A DNA stretch of 57,869 bases, filler included, from Sphacelaria rigidula (Eukaryota), in assembly GCA_964200075.2 (NCBI GenBank). It is 6 parts of 6 records of this genome, joined end to end, with 100 filler letters (N's around TTAATTAATTAA, not from the genome) between each part and the next. Parts side by side here need not be neighbours in the genome. Positions count along the whole stretch, not along the records: positions 9,663 to 19,224 come from CAXNAA020008214.1; positions 19,325 to 28,886 come from CAXNAA020008215.1; 4 more parts are not named here. The stretch is one strand, 5' to 3'. Both the position numbers and the translations under genes were made by a program. The number at the start of each line of letters is the position of its first letter. Within the stretch, counting starts at the first letter, position 1. Of the stretch, positions 11,513 through 22,500 are shown piece after piece. Under the pieces are notes generated by a model. The model searched no databases, had not been told where the DNA came from, and was given only the letters and a program-made list of their open reading frames with translations.

Positions 11513-14500
11513 ATGGACGACTCCAGGCACATACAATTTGGATCTGCCTTAGACGTTAATCCCTGTCAACCAAAGACGATCATTTATGATATCGCTAATG
11601 GTCATCCTGACCGTGCCACACCTGGAAATGATAAACCGTCCACCCCCTTCTTTGGTGAAGAATCTGACCCACCGGCGGACCAACCGCATTCTGCTTTTGC
11701 TGTCAGCCACGCCGATCCTGAACAGTTTACCTTGCCGGAACACGGTCCGGATCTTGTCGGCGGCAAAGTGTCTGTAGATCCGTCGACTTTCACTACTCGC
11801 GCTACGATCCATGCCGGTCCAAACGCTATCACGCCTGCGAAATGCGTATCTTTGTTGGACAGCGGCAGCCCGCAAACATTTATTCGAGAATCTACATGGA
11901 AACACATGACACAGACTTGCGCTGCTACTGCAGCTTGCGAAACCACCACCAAATCTCGCGTGTGGGGCGGTTTCGGTGATTCTGCCGCGCCACTGACGAC
12001 AAGAAAATCCGTACGTCTCAGTGTACGATTCTTTCACACCACCACTCGATTCTGCCAGCCTGGCAGTCTGGGCATACATCGTCCCCGCCAACACAATGCA
12101 CCACGCCATATTATTGGGCAGATATAGCTATATGCGGTTGAATAAACGAACCTACCGCACGCTTCCACCACTAACGCTACATTCCACGCCGCGTGGGGAA
12201 TTCAACCTCGAGCACTTCGGTACTCTCCACGGCGCCCTGGCTTATCAGAAGAATCCTCAAGCGACCGGAGCCGCTTACCACCTGCGATATAACGGTAGCG
12301 TGGGTATTACACTCTCCAACGACCCCCAACTTCTTGAAGTTGCACTAGTTCGCCGAAATGGCATGCCAGCACTTACGGGCCATTATCTTGCTGAAATGTT
12401 ACGAAGTATTGGCGCACCAGCTGACGCAGAACATTTAGTGTCGGCGGGACAACAACTCCTCCCTCTTACGGGTCATGCTAACTTGGAATCCGGCGATGGT
12501 TTAGGAATCGCCGTTGCTCCCCTGATGCACATCCGACTCGAGACGTGCGTCACAGAGCCTGGGGCGCCTAACGCCACATCTCCGGCGGAGTCAGTCCATT
12601 ATGTCGATGAACCCTATTTCGACCTCGCCTCCGCGACTCCATCCCAGGTCCACACCGTGGATCCTGCCCAGTCAAATTCCGATCCTTCTGCTGAAGTGCT
12701 TCAACGCTTAGCAACAGATTCTCGGAATATTTTCTTGCACATGTGGCACCAACTGCCGCCACACATGCGCGACATCAATTTTGCCCTTCATGGACCCGGT
12801 TGGGAACCGGCAGTCATCCAAGAACTCAGTGATGTCCTGCTACAGTACCAAGACCGGCTTTCCCGATACAAGACGGATCTTGGGCATTGCAAAACACTGC
12901 CCTTTGAGGTTACCCTCCAACCCGGCGTCACGCCGATCTCTTCCCGACCATACAGGACGAACCCAATCCTCACCAAAAAGGTTAACGCCATCTTGGATGC
13001 GTATTTGGGGGCAGAGCTTATACAACATTTCTCCTCTCCTTGGGCCTCGCCACTTGTGGTTGTCCCTAAAAAGGACGGAAACATACGCATCACCGTGAAT
13101 TACCAACGGTTGAACCGCGTCACCGTGATTGGTAAACTTCCAATCTCCCGCATTGATGAAGTCTTCGACTCCCTACGTGAAGGAAAAATATTCAGCACCT
13201 TCGACCTCGCTTCTGGGTTCTTCCAGAATGCTATCCACCCTGACACAGTGCCACTTACGGCTTTTTGTACCTCGTCCGGGCTTTATGAATGGCTCCGAAT
13301 GCCACAAGGCGCTGCTACCGCTCCAGGATGTTTTCAACGCTTAATGCAACGCGTTACGGAGGGCCTCGAGCACATCATCATGTACCTAGATGACGCTATC
13401 GCTTTTGATGCCTCACCTATTGCACATGTCCGCACTCTGCGAGAATTTCTCTCTCGACTGCGAACTCACGATTTGAAACTGTCCCCATCCAAAGCTCGCC
13501 TTGGCGCGACTGTCTTGGACTTTTTGGGGCATTCCATCTCGCCCGCAGGCCTACATCCGGATACGAACAAAGTCAGGGCTATGACCGAATTACCTATGCC
13601 AACTAACATCTCTCAACTTCGCTCATTGTTGGGCGGGCTATCTTACTACCGCAAATTTTTCCCGAATTTATGTGAACGGATACGCCCCCTCAACGAGCTA
13701 CTCAAGAAAGGAGCCGTGTTTTCCTTCACCACCGAAATGAAAAATATCACCCGCGAATTGCTGAAAACGCTTACCGAAAAGCCGGTCTTCTGTTTCCCTT
13801 ATTGGGAGGCAGTGCAAGACGGCTCTCGCCTTTTTCAACTCCACACTGACGCTAGCACAGAGGGATTTGGAGGAGTTTTGAATCAACCTCAGGCTGATGG
13901 CTCTGTTCGACCTCTCCTCTACATCAGTCGCGCCACCTTGCCCAGTGAGGCCAACTGGAGCCCGTTAGAACTGGAAGGCGGAGTCATCACCTGGGTCATT
14001 AAGCGCCTTCGACAATACCTGTTTCACGTGCCCTTTGAAAAATTCACGGATCATGGGGCACTCGAGCAACTCGCCAAGGTCGGCGAACACAACCCGCGTG
14101 TACAACGCGGGTTGGAGTTTCTAACAGCATACCAGTATACCATTAAGCATCATCCAGGCAAAACCAACGGGAACGCTGATCTTCTCTCCCGATTATCCCT
14201 GCCGCCTACAGCCGCAGATTCCAGCCCGACTTGCCGTCCAACGGAACCCGACGAACCTGGGATTTACCCTATTAGATGTTTTTCGACGCCAGTCCACGCC
14301 CTTGACCTTCAATGTCCAAAAACTGGTATGCACATGGGCGGACCTCGCCCTCTGCCCTATGACGCCGTCTTGGGTGGGTGAATACCCGGAACCTCCGATT
14401 TTGTCGATTTCCGGACCTTTCGTACTCGCGCCAAGCTTCTCACGGAAACACCCTCGGTTATCCACCTGATGTCAGACAACACGCGCTCTCGGTCTGCCGC

Positions 14501-17018
14501 CCGCACCAACACCCCAAGTGCCCCGCCGCCACCGATAACAGCTGCAAGTTCTGCAAGTCACGCAGCGCCGGCCCTACGGACCGACCCGCAACGCTCCGCA
14601 ATCAATACTGCAACAAACAACACGCGCCGTGGACCTTCTTCGCCGCGCACAACTTCAACTCCGCCGCTTATAACGGCAACCCCGACAACCCCTGCTCCCG
14701 AGGCGGAGATTGACGTCGGCATTTCTGCCCCGTCACCTGTTCCCCCGCTACCTGCCCCACCATGTTTGGTCGGCTCTCCAGCGGAAGGCCAACTGCGCGA
14801 GTTTCTCGCCAGCTACTCTCACCGTGACTGGGCTCGCGAACAAAAGGCAGAACCGCTATGTCGCGCAGTCACCCGTTTCTTACAGCTCCACTGACCAGTC
14901 CCTTTCCCGCCCGAACTTTTGGCTCCTGTTGGCACACTGCCACCACCAGATATCTCTGAGGTATATGAACTCGTGCGTAAAGGCACGATTTTTACCACGG
15001 ACGACGGTGTGCAATTACTCGTGCGTCGATCCACGCCTTTAGCAGGCGCAATCACTACTTCCACCACGGGACGCCACGCACGACTAATCGATGACGAACC
15101 CACGAGCATATATGTTCCGCTATTAATGCGCCCCTGGATCATGAAAGGCTGTCACACAGACTTGTCATGTCATCTTGGCGTCACCCGCACCCTAGCGCTC
15201 TTGGAACGCTTTTACTGGTGGGTTGGCATGGAAATTACCACCCGCTTTTGGATTCGGCGATGCTTCAAATGCCAAGCTCGAAAAACGTCACGGCAGACAG
15301 TCCGCTGGCCAGTCATCTCTATGGGACTCCCCAACGCGCCCGGCCACCTTGTGTCCTTTGACTACTTCGGCCCTCTACCGCCCACAGGTCGCGGCAACAG
15401 CTACATCTTACTCTTCACTGACCGCTTCAGCCGCCACGCGTCCATGTACGCGGTAACCGCTGCAGCTTTCACTGCCGTAGGAACGACCGACATATTGGTC
15501 CACGACTACATCAAGCACTACGGTTGCCCGAAACGACTTCTTCCAGACACTGGTCAGCAATTTTGCTCAGATCTTTCTGCGGAGCTTTACCAGCTCCTGG
15601 GCATCCGCAAAATTGCCACGAGCGCCTACCACTCTAGCGGCAACGGTGGCACCAAACAAGTTAATCACACCATGGCCCAAATGCTCTCTATCGTCGTTAA
15701 CGACTGCCAAAATGACTGGGACCTACATCTTTCGCACACTATGCTGTCCTACAATAACTCGGTTCATGCCGCCACAGGCCTTTCTCCAATCGAACTCCAT
15801 CTTGGAAATTACCCCCGGCTACCCATCACCGTGTTTGAAAGACACACGTCCGATGGCCACCAAGGCTTGGATCAGGATCAGATATCCTATCATGAGCTAG
15901 CGCATTCACGACAACCAAAAGCGTTTACCCTCGTGCGCGAACAACACGCTATCAACGCCTCGCACCTAGAGCGATCTAACACTGCTCTCTACAACCTAAT
16001 GCATAAACGCCCCAGCTGGAAAGTTGGTGATTGGGTTTGGGTCTACAACAGTCTATCGACCATTCGCCAGGGTACCAGCAAGGCAGCCGACGAAACAACT
16101 TTGAAGGCAAAATTGTCTTTCAATTAGACAGGACCTTTCAAGATTCTGACAGTCCGTCCCTCGCCATCCTCACCAGATGATAAACCTGTTGGCGACAAAC
16201 TCCTCTATCTCGATCTGCCTCGCGACCTTCAGGGCAAAGACACCAAACCCAGCATCTCCGTGCACCGGTGCAAACCATGCACGAACCCGCATGATACAAG
16301 TGACATGCCCAAATACCTGCCTGCAGGACTTACATAGTACGTTCTCAACAGCTACTCGACTAAGTTTCCGCCCTACCACGTCACCACTGATGACGTAACG
16401 GAACAGCCCCTCCGCCTGAGGGTTTCCGCCATACCCGGCCACCAAATCACTCGTGGTCGAGGCGGCAAAATTGCCGTCATGTATAAGACCCACTGGCAAG
16501 GTCTTCGGAGAGCTTCTTGGGAACGCGAATCCGACCTTCAATTGCACCGCCGTGCAATCCTCCTATACTGGACGCAACCCCAACATCAGCATCTTGCTCA
16601 CAACAAGGAATATCGCAACATGCGTCGTGGCGCAGCAGCCCGCGAACTGCACCGCGACCAAGGCCTATGCTTTGTCACCGATGGCTACGACCTGGTTCCC
16701 ACCAAGATTTGTAAAGCAAATATCTTCGCAAACCAGAAAACAATACCCAAGGGCTCCTACCTGTGGTTCAAAGGTAGCGACGACCTCTGGTGGTTGGGCC
16801 AGACTCACTCCGCTGATCTAGTCTCTGCTGACACATACATCGTGTGCTTCATCGATGACCCGGGATCCATACAGCTGAAGCTCCGGCTTGCGCTATGCAC
16901 CACCAGTCCATCTGCACCACGCGGGTCTTGGTGTCTTCAGCGCCTCAAGTCCAAAGGACTTCGCCACGGTCTCCAGCGCAACATCGATCACACCCACGAC
17001 GGGCACGCACCGCTGTGA
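11513..17018 (+). pseudogene. pol: Gypsy pol (PR-RT-RNaseH-IN-chromo-like), disrupted
   Basis: ORFs 11513-12127 (PR), 12021-14381 (RT/RH), 14469-14894, 14919-16127 (IN) and 16479-17018. Frameshift near 12040; in-frame stops at 14892, 16125 (KLSFN*TGPFKI) and 16335; the integrase catalytic Glu position reads NGGTKQVN. Confidence 0.9.
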
Positions 17019-17678
17019 ACTACGCCCCCCACCGTGATTTTTCTTCTTTTCTTTAGTCTTTTGCCCTCCCTTTTCCCACTACGACCCTACTCTACGACAT
17101 CCGCGACAGGATCACCTTCCCCCGGACCATGATCGGACAGGAGCCGCTCGCCACCTACGACTACTGGAGCTCTACTATCCCCTCTTTTTCGACGGGGCCG
17201 GATCTTGCTGGATCACCGACTCTTCAGATTTGCTTTTCTTGCTTCCGACCGACCAACTTACGTTGGTCGCCTGTTACTGCTGTGGCCATAATTCCCTTTG
17301 GAACCCCCCAGGTCGAAGCTGGCGTAGCTCGGTCCCTGTTGTCCCTTTGTAATCCCCCAGGTCGAAGCTGGCGCAGCTGGCTCCCTGTCGTACCCCCCCT
17401 GATTTTTGTTTTCCTCGTTCTGTTAGGACGCCGAAGCATTGTGTGCTTCTTCGTTGGTTTCTAGCACGCGGCAGCAGTTTTGTACTTCCGCGTTTTGAAG
17501 CAGTTTAGTTTCTGCTTCCTTTACTCTGAGGTGTGGGAGTGGGTCGGGAGTAATCCCTTAGGCGTGTTTTATTGGCATTAGCCGCTCATGACTTTACGCA
17601 TGAAGAAAAACCTTATTTTTCGCTGCCTTTGAGGATATATTCTCGCAGACGTTATGAAGGTTCGTCTGGGTGGGTTAG

Positions 17679-18159
17679 TGTCATGAAGGAGCATATTAAT
17701 CTAGCATATTAGCCTGTTATCACGCTCAGACCCGTCAATGAGTCTAGACAGTTATTAGTTCAGAGTATCTCGAAGACTGCAGGTCTGTTCAGAGTTGGTT
17801 GATACGAGTATGAACGGGTATATAGCGAGGGGGTGCCTATCCGTCATCCCCGAGCACCCTCCCATCGTTCTTACTACTACTTGCCACCAAGCTCCCTGCA
17901 AGGAAGCTAAGCATCGGTGAGATTATTGGGTGAACGTGAGAGATTGAACGTGAGAGATTGGATAAGCAGAAGGTTGAGACCAAGCATTTAACGAAGAGAT
18001 ATTCTAAACCTACACGTGAAATCATAAAGAATATCTTGGACACATCAAGAGTTACAGTCACTGATTGCTCGAGCCCGTTGTCGGGCTCTTGTCTTGTCTA
18101 CTCACTGAGTATTGCATAGCGACTCGTGTACCTTATACACGCGGCTTATCCTCTTGACA
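17679..18159 (+). repeat. 3' LTR of the Gypsy element (~481 bp)
   Basis: Starts TGTCA immediately after the purine-rich GGGTGGGTTAG (17668-17678) and ends TGACA, after which LINE coding sequence begins. The second LTR is not in the contig, so the boundaries are inferred. Confidence 0.75.
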
Positions 18160-18776
18160 TGATGACAGAATGTGCCAAAAGTGCTTTGATGCTAGACGGG
18201 GAAATGTCGAGGTATTTTTATATCTTACAAGGAGTTGCACAAGGATGTACGTCATCACCCACTTTGTTCAAGGTATTTATTAATGACCTGATATTAGCGA
18301 TAGAAGCAACAAATCAAGGAGTCAAGACTGGTGAAGATGTGATGATATCAGGTTTGACGTTAGCAGATGATTTTGTGGGGATTTCAGGGACAGCAGAAGG
18401 ACTGCAAAAACAAATAGAGGAGGCACTAAAATAAACTAGGAAATGGAGAGTAAGAGCGAACGTTAATTAATGCGCGGTACTCGTCTGTAACGAAGATAAG
18501 AAAAATCCGGTGAAGTTCGAATGGTGGTGGGTTCTTGGAATGGCACACGTAAATAAAGCAATAGAAAAGGGTAAGGAACAGATAGGAAGGGTGCACGTGG
18601 TCCTCAGAGACCCGCATCTCGACACCAGCGCATGAAGAGATGTATCCTGGTCGTACCAAAGCTGGAATATGCAGGAGAAGTATAAGAGGGGGACGTGAAG
18701 TTGGTGAAGAAGCTGGAAACAGTGCAGATGGCAGCAGCTAAGAAGATGCTTGGATGCTCGAAAACGACGAGTAATA
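18160..18776 (+). mobile_element. Non-LTR retrotransposon (LINE) reverse transcriptase fragment, degenerate
   Basis: MTECAKSALMLDGEMSRYFYILQGVAQGCTSSPTLFKVFINDL...LADDFVGISGTAEGLQKQIEEALK contains the LINE RT motifs G(V)xQG and (F)ADD; stops and deletions follow downstream. Confidence 0.9.
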
Positions 18777-19125
18777 AACACGGTATTTTACAAATTGGGG
18801 ATGGCTCTTTTTATTGAGGATGAGAAAACCTAGAGAATTAAAATCTTCGTATCCACACCAAATCTTCGAAATTTGGTTCGATTTCTTCCCATGTCATGCT
18901 GGTCGCTATTGAAAACTACTGCATAGCATACAAGTTTGGATTTCGACAATAACCGAAATGTTGAGGTCCTAGATGAAAAACCAATTTTGGGGAATTTCGG
19001 CGATCTGATCGGATCATCTGAATTCCCAAAAGTTACTTCTTCACCTAGGATCCCAAAATGTCGGTTATCAGGTTCCAAATTTGTATGGCGTGTAGCAGTT
19101 GTCAATAGCTACCACTAGGTGAAGG
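18777..19125. mobile_element. Partial copy of a palindromic MITE/foldback family (related to 27975-28417)
   Basis: Shares AACACGG...TTACAAATTGGGGATGG...AATTAAAATCTTCGTATCCACACCAAATCTTCGAA and TATGGCGTGTAGCAGTTGTCAATAGCTA with the 27975 element. Confidence 0.8.
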
Positions 19126-19224
19126 AGTGGAAGTATATTTAACAGTGAATCCTAGAAAATGAGGTTGATACAAAATATGGGGTTGAAGTGGCATCTCTCT
19201 CTTGCAGGGAAGACGCGAAACACT

Positions 19225-19324
19225 NNNNNNNNNNNNNNNNNNNNNNNNNNNNNNNNNNNNNNNNNNNNTTAATTAATTAANNNNNNNNNNNNNNNNNNNN
19301 NNNNNNNNNNNNNNNNNNNNNNNN
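19225..19324. other. Artificial contig spacer
   Basis: Same N44-TTAATTAATTAA-N44 structure. Confidence 0.97.
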
Positions 19325-19598
19325 GTATGGTCATTTTTTTCGTGACTCTTTTAGCTGGTTTTGGGGGGGGGCTATCGTAGAAAGTGTCGTTTCAAGTGCT
19401 TTTGGTGCGGCGAATTTTGTTTTCAGGAATGGAGATATCTTGTGGACCAAAGTGGTTTACTTGAAATCTTTTCACACGACACACCTCACACGCAGACCAA
19501 AGTTCAACCATTGCATTCGGTCGCCTGGTTTGCGACCCTCCCACTTGTCCAGACGCCTATGCGCTTGCCTGTACCGCATTTTGCTACATATGCGATAG

Positions 19599-22500
19599 GC
19601 CGTCGAACGCGTGATTCAATCCACCCCGAGGCTTGAGGGTCGCGACGAGCGCCTCAGAGAGTGGAGATCCAAGGCATACTCGCTATCTCATGAGGACGCC
19701 AGGGGCCTGGCTCTCAGGCTGCTTAACGGCAAGGAGGTATGTTCGTCGAGAACGTTTCTCAAGTACGGTAGGGACTACGGAAGTAGCAAGTGCGGAACAA
19801 AACGTGTCCACGTCGGTGCGGGCGGTCCGTTAAACACTGTGGCTGTCACAACTGAGTACGGTAGCAGGTTTCGGGATAATATGTAGGTTTTCTGCCTTTC
19901 GGTCCAGCTTCAGCATGTCACGCGATGGTGACTGCGGCGTTGCGTAATTGTCGCAGGTTACAATCAACACCTAGCAGAGGTCGTATGCGTCCTTTCTGAG
20001 GAGTTGACGGAGTTTCCTCCGAAGGTTTTCGTTCTCGATCGGAGGGGTGGGCGAGAGACAGTCAAGTAGATACAAGAACGATCTGTCGGAAATTTCTATA
20101 CGCCCAGAGGGGTGTGTGCTTTTTGAGCGTGCAGCACGTACCGCCTTGACGCGCAGGAACGTTTTAAATCGCCCCCATTACTAGCGCGCGGTACGCTATG
20201 TTGAGTTCTTTGAGGGACCTATATTCTGCCGAGTATTGTCGATAACTGAAACCGCACCTGGTGTATGACCATCCCGGATGAAGTCTTCAGCAACCGTGGC
20301 TTACCAACAACCACAAAGCCTATTCAAGACTTACCGTCAGCGGATATATAACTAGTGCAGTGGAAAACCAGCTACCGGGAAGCAATATAGTATGTCCGGC
20401 GTAAAGCTCAGGACGTGTACATTTTCAGGATACGACTCGCCGAGTGTTACCCTGTAGTTTCATAGCAGCAATACAATATTTTGCGAATGGTAACTTGTTC
20501 GCGCACCACCCTTTACAGTCAAGAGAGGCTCCTGTTATGATGCCTGTACAGCAAGGATGTGTGTCGGGATTACGTTGTCCACAGCAAGCGGCTTTTCCGT
20601 GGTCACATTGCCTCTCGCTGCTAGGGTATGCTGGCCGTACATGCAGGGATGGCCTGGGTGGAAGGCCAAAGCACGCCTCTCGTCGGTTCCGCCGCTTGAT
20701 TACCTTGAGGGCAAACGCAGAGCACGGATATCGCATGATATGGCCGATCGTATTTGCGCAGGGTAGTTGTTCGCAACCGTTACAGACGCAGATGGCCGTC
20801 ATGTCACCCACTGTGCACACTACCACCGTAGACTGATCGGAAAAGAGGTGTATATAACGTGAAGTCAGTGCTGTGTTAGTCGGCCGTGCGTGCTTCCCCT
20901 ACCATTTCTCTCTCTAGATAGGAAGTTAAGTTGTTTTGTTATAAAGTGTGTTTGTGTGCGGGGTGACCGGCCCCCTGGTGGATTCGAGCTGGGGCTGGTG
21001 ATTCGGTGGAGTTGCCCTGTGTGAAATCATTTCTTCACCGAAATATGATGGGACAGTGATCAATGTGCTCTCTACCGTACACGTATATCTGGCGACGCGG
21101 AGTATAGTTGCAGCATCTGAGTGGCACGCTCTTCACTCCTCATTTTTCGTTTATCGGCGCTTGTTTTTGGTTCTTGAAACTTGATCGGTATGCTATCTGC
21201 CCATGTGATATAATCTCAAGGAAAATATGGAAAAAGCATGAACCATTCCGCCTAAAATATACGAACTTCACACGTTGGTTGCTAAAAGGTGGATGGTCAC
21301 TAACGGCGACCAGCACAGATTCCAATATCCAACCCGAGCGATGCCCACATCCACATCTGCCCCCTCCCCTTTTCCTTGCCGCCGTATCATTGTTTCGGTG
21401 CTCGTTCCTGTCTACACCCCCCTCCCCCCCTCCCCCCAACAAATCTATCGTAAGGTGTACTTTGACTGGGATGCTCCACGCAGCCGCGAGGGGTACTTCC
21501 GCATCAAGGGTGGTGTCGACTACTGCATTATGAGGTCAGACTTGTCGCGACCTCTCCTGGAAACGTGGATTCCTCAGCCTGAGTAAAAGGGGGTGTCAAC
21601 TAACTCTAACACGCACAAGTGCTGATATGTCATTTCCCCCGACCGATTTCCGCCTTTTTTGCATGACATGGAACATCAGGGGACGTGCATTTGCGCCGCA
21701 CGCAGATCTTTTGTGGATGGAAACCGCCAAGCCTAACATCTCCGAAGCCTGCCGTTTCGCCGAAGGAGTCCACGCCACCGTGCCTCACCAGAAGCTGGCG
21801 TACAACCTATCTCCCAGCTTCAACTGGGATGCTGCTGGAATGTCAAAGGCGGAGATGAGCGCCTTTAACAGAGAGCTTGGCCGCCTCGGCTTCGTTTGGC
21901 AGGTGCGAGACGGTCACACCCGTTGTGCGGGTGTATCTCGAGGGTGTGTGCTGCTAGGGCGATCAGTGATGGTTGTTGGGGCGGTGGTGATGATGTTGGT
22001 AGCGGTTAATGTTGTGTTGAAGTTGAACATGGGGGTGCGTCAGTGATGCTGTGGCCCGCGCTTTCGTAAGCGCTGATTCGAACGGAAGCGTCCACTGAGG
22101 CCGCATGGTAACACTGCTTACGTGGCCAGTGCCCATCGTCCGTTGAAAATACGACTACTACGAACAAACCAAGAGAGCACCACGTGCCCGTTGAGTACTC
22201 GTGAATCGCCAGGCGGGAAGCTTTTACTTCAAAAAGCATCGGTATTCTGCGTTGGCACGGTTTCACAACCTTCTGAGCTCCCCATACCCCCTCCCTTCTC
22301 TTTTCCCTTTCCCTTCAAGGGTCGGCGTTGGTTGGCAATGACCATTGTAAAACATGCCACTCACTGCGTAAGCGAGGCACCCAAGATACCGTTGTTTTTA
22401 TCGCTTGTTTTTTTTGCGTTAGCCATGATGGTGATGGAGTTGGACCATTTTGTGCGAGGTGGATAGCCTCAACTCCGCGCATGGGATGATCGTAATACGC

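Larger units (their letters stand above)
9984..18159 (+). mobile_element. Ty3/Gypsy (chromovirus-like) LTR retrotransposon, 5'-truncated and degenerate
   Basis: Domain order is gag CCHC knuckle (CINCNAQGHSMRDC, 10086-10127), protease (LLDSGS ~11852), RT (YLDD 13383), RNase H (TDAS ~13845), integrase (HHCC 15150-15272, DDE core), GPF motif, chromodomain-like region, purine-rich tract, LTR. RT-RH-IN order is Gypsy-type. Confidence 0.95.
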
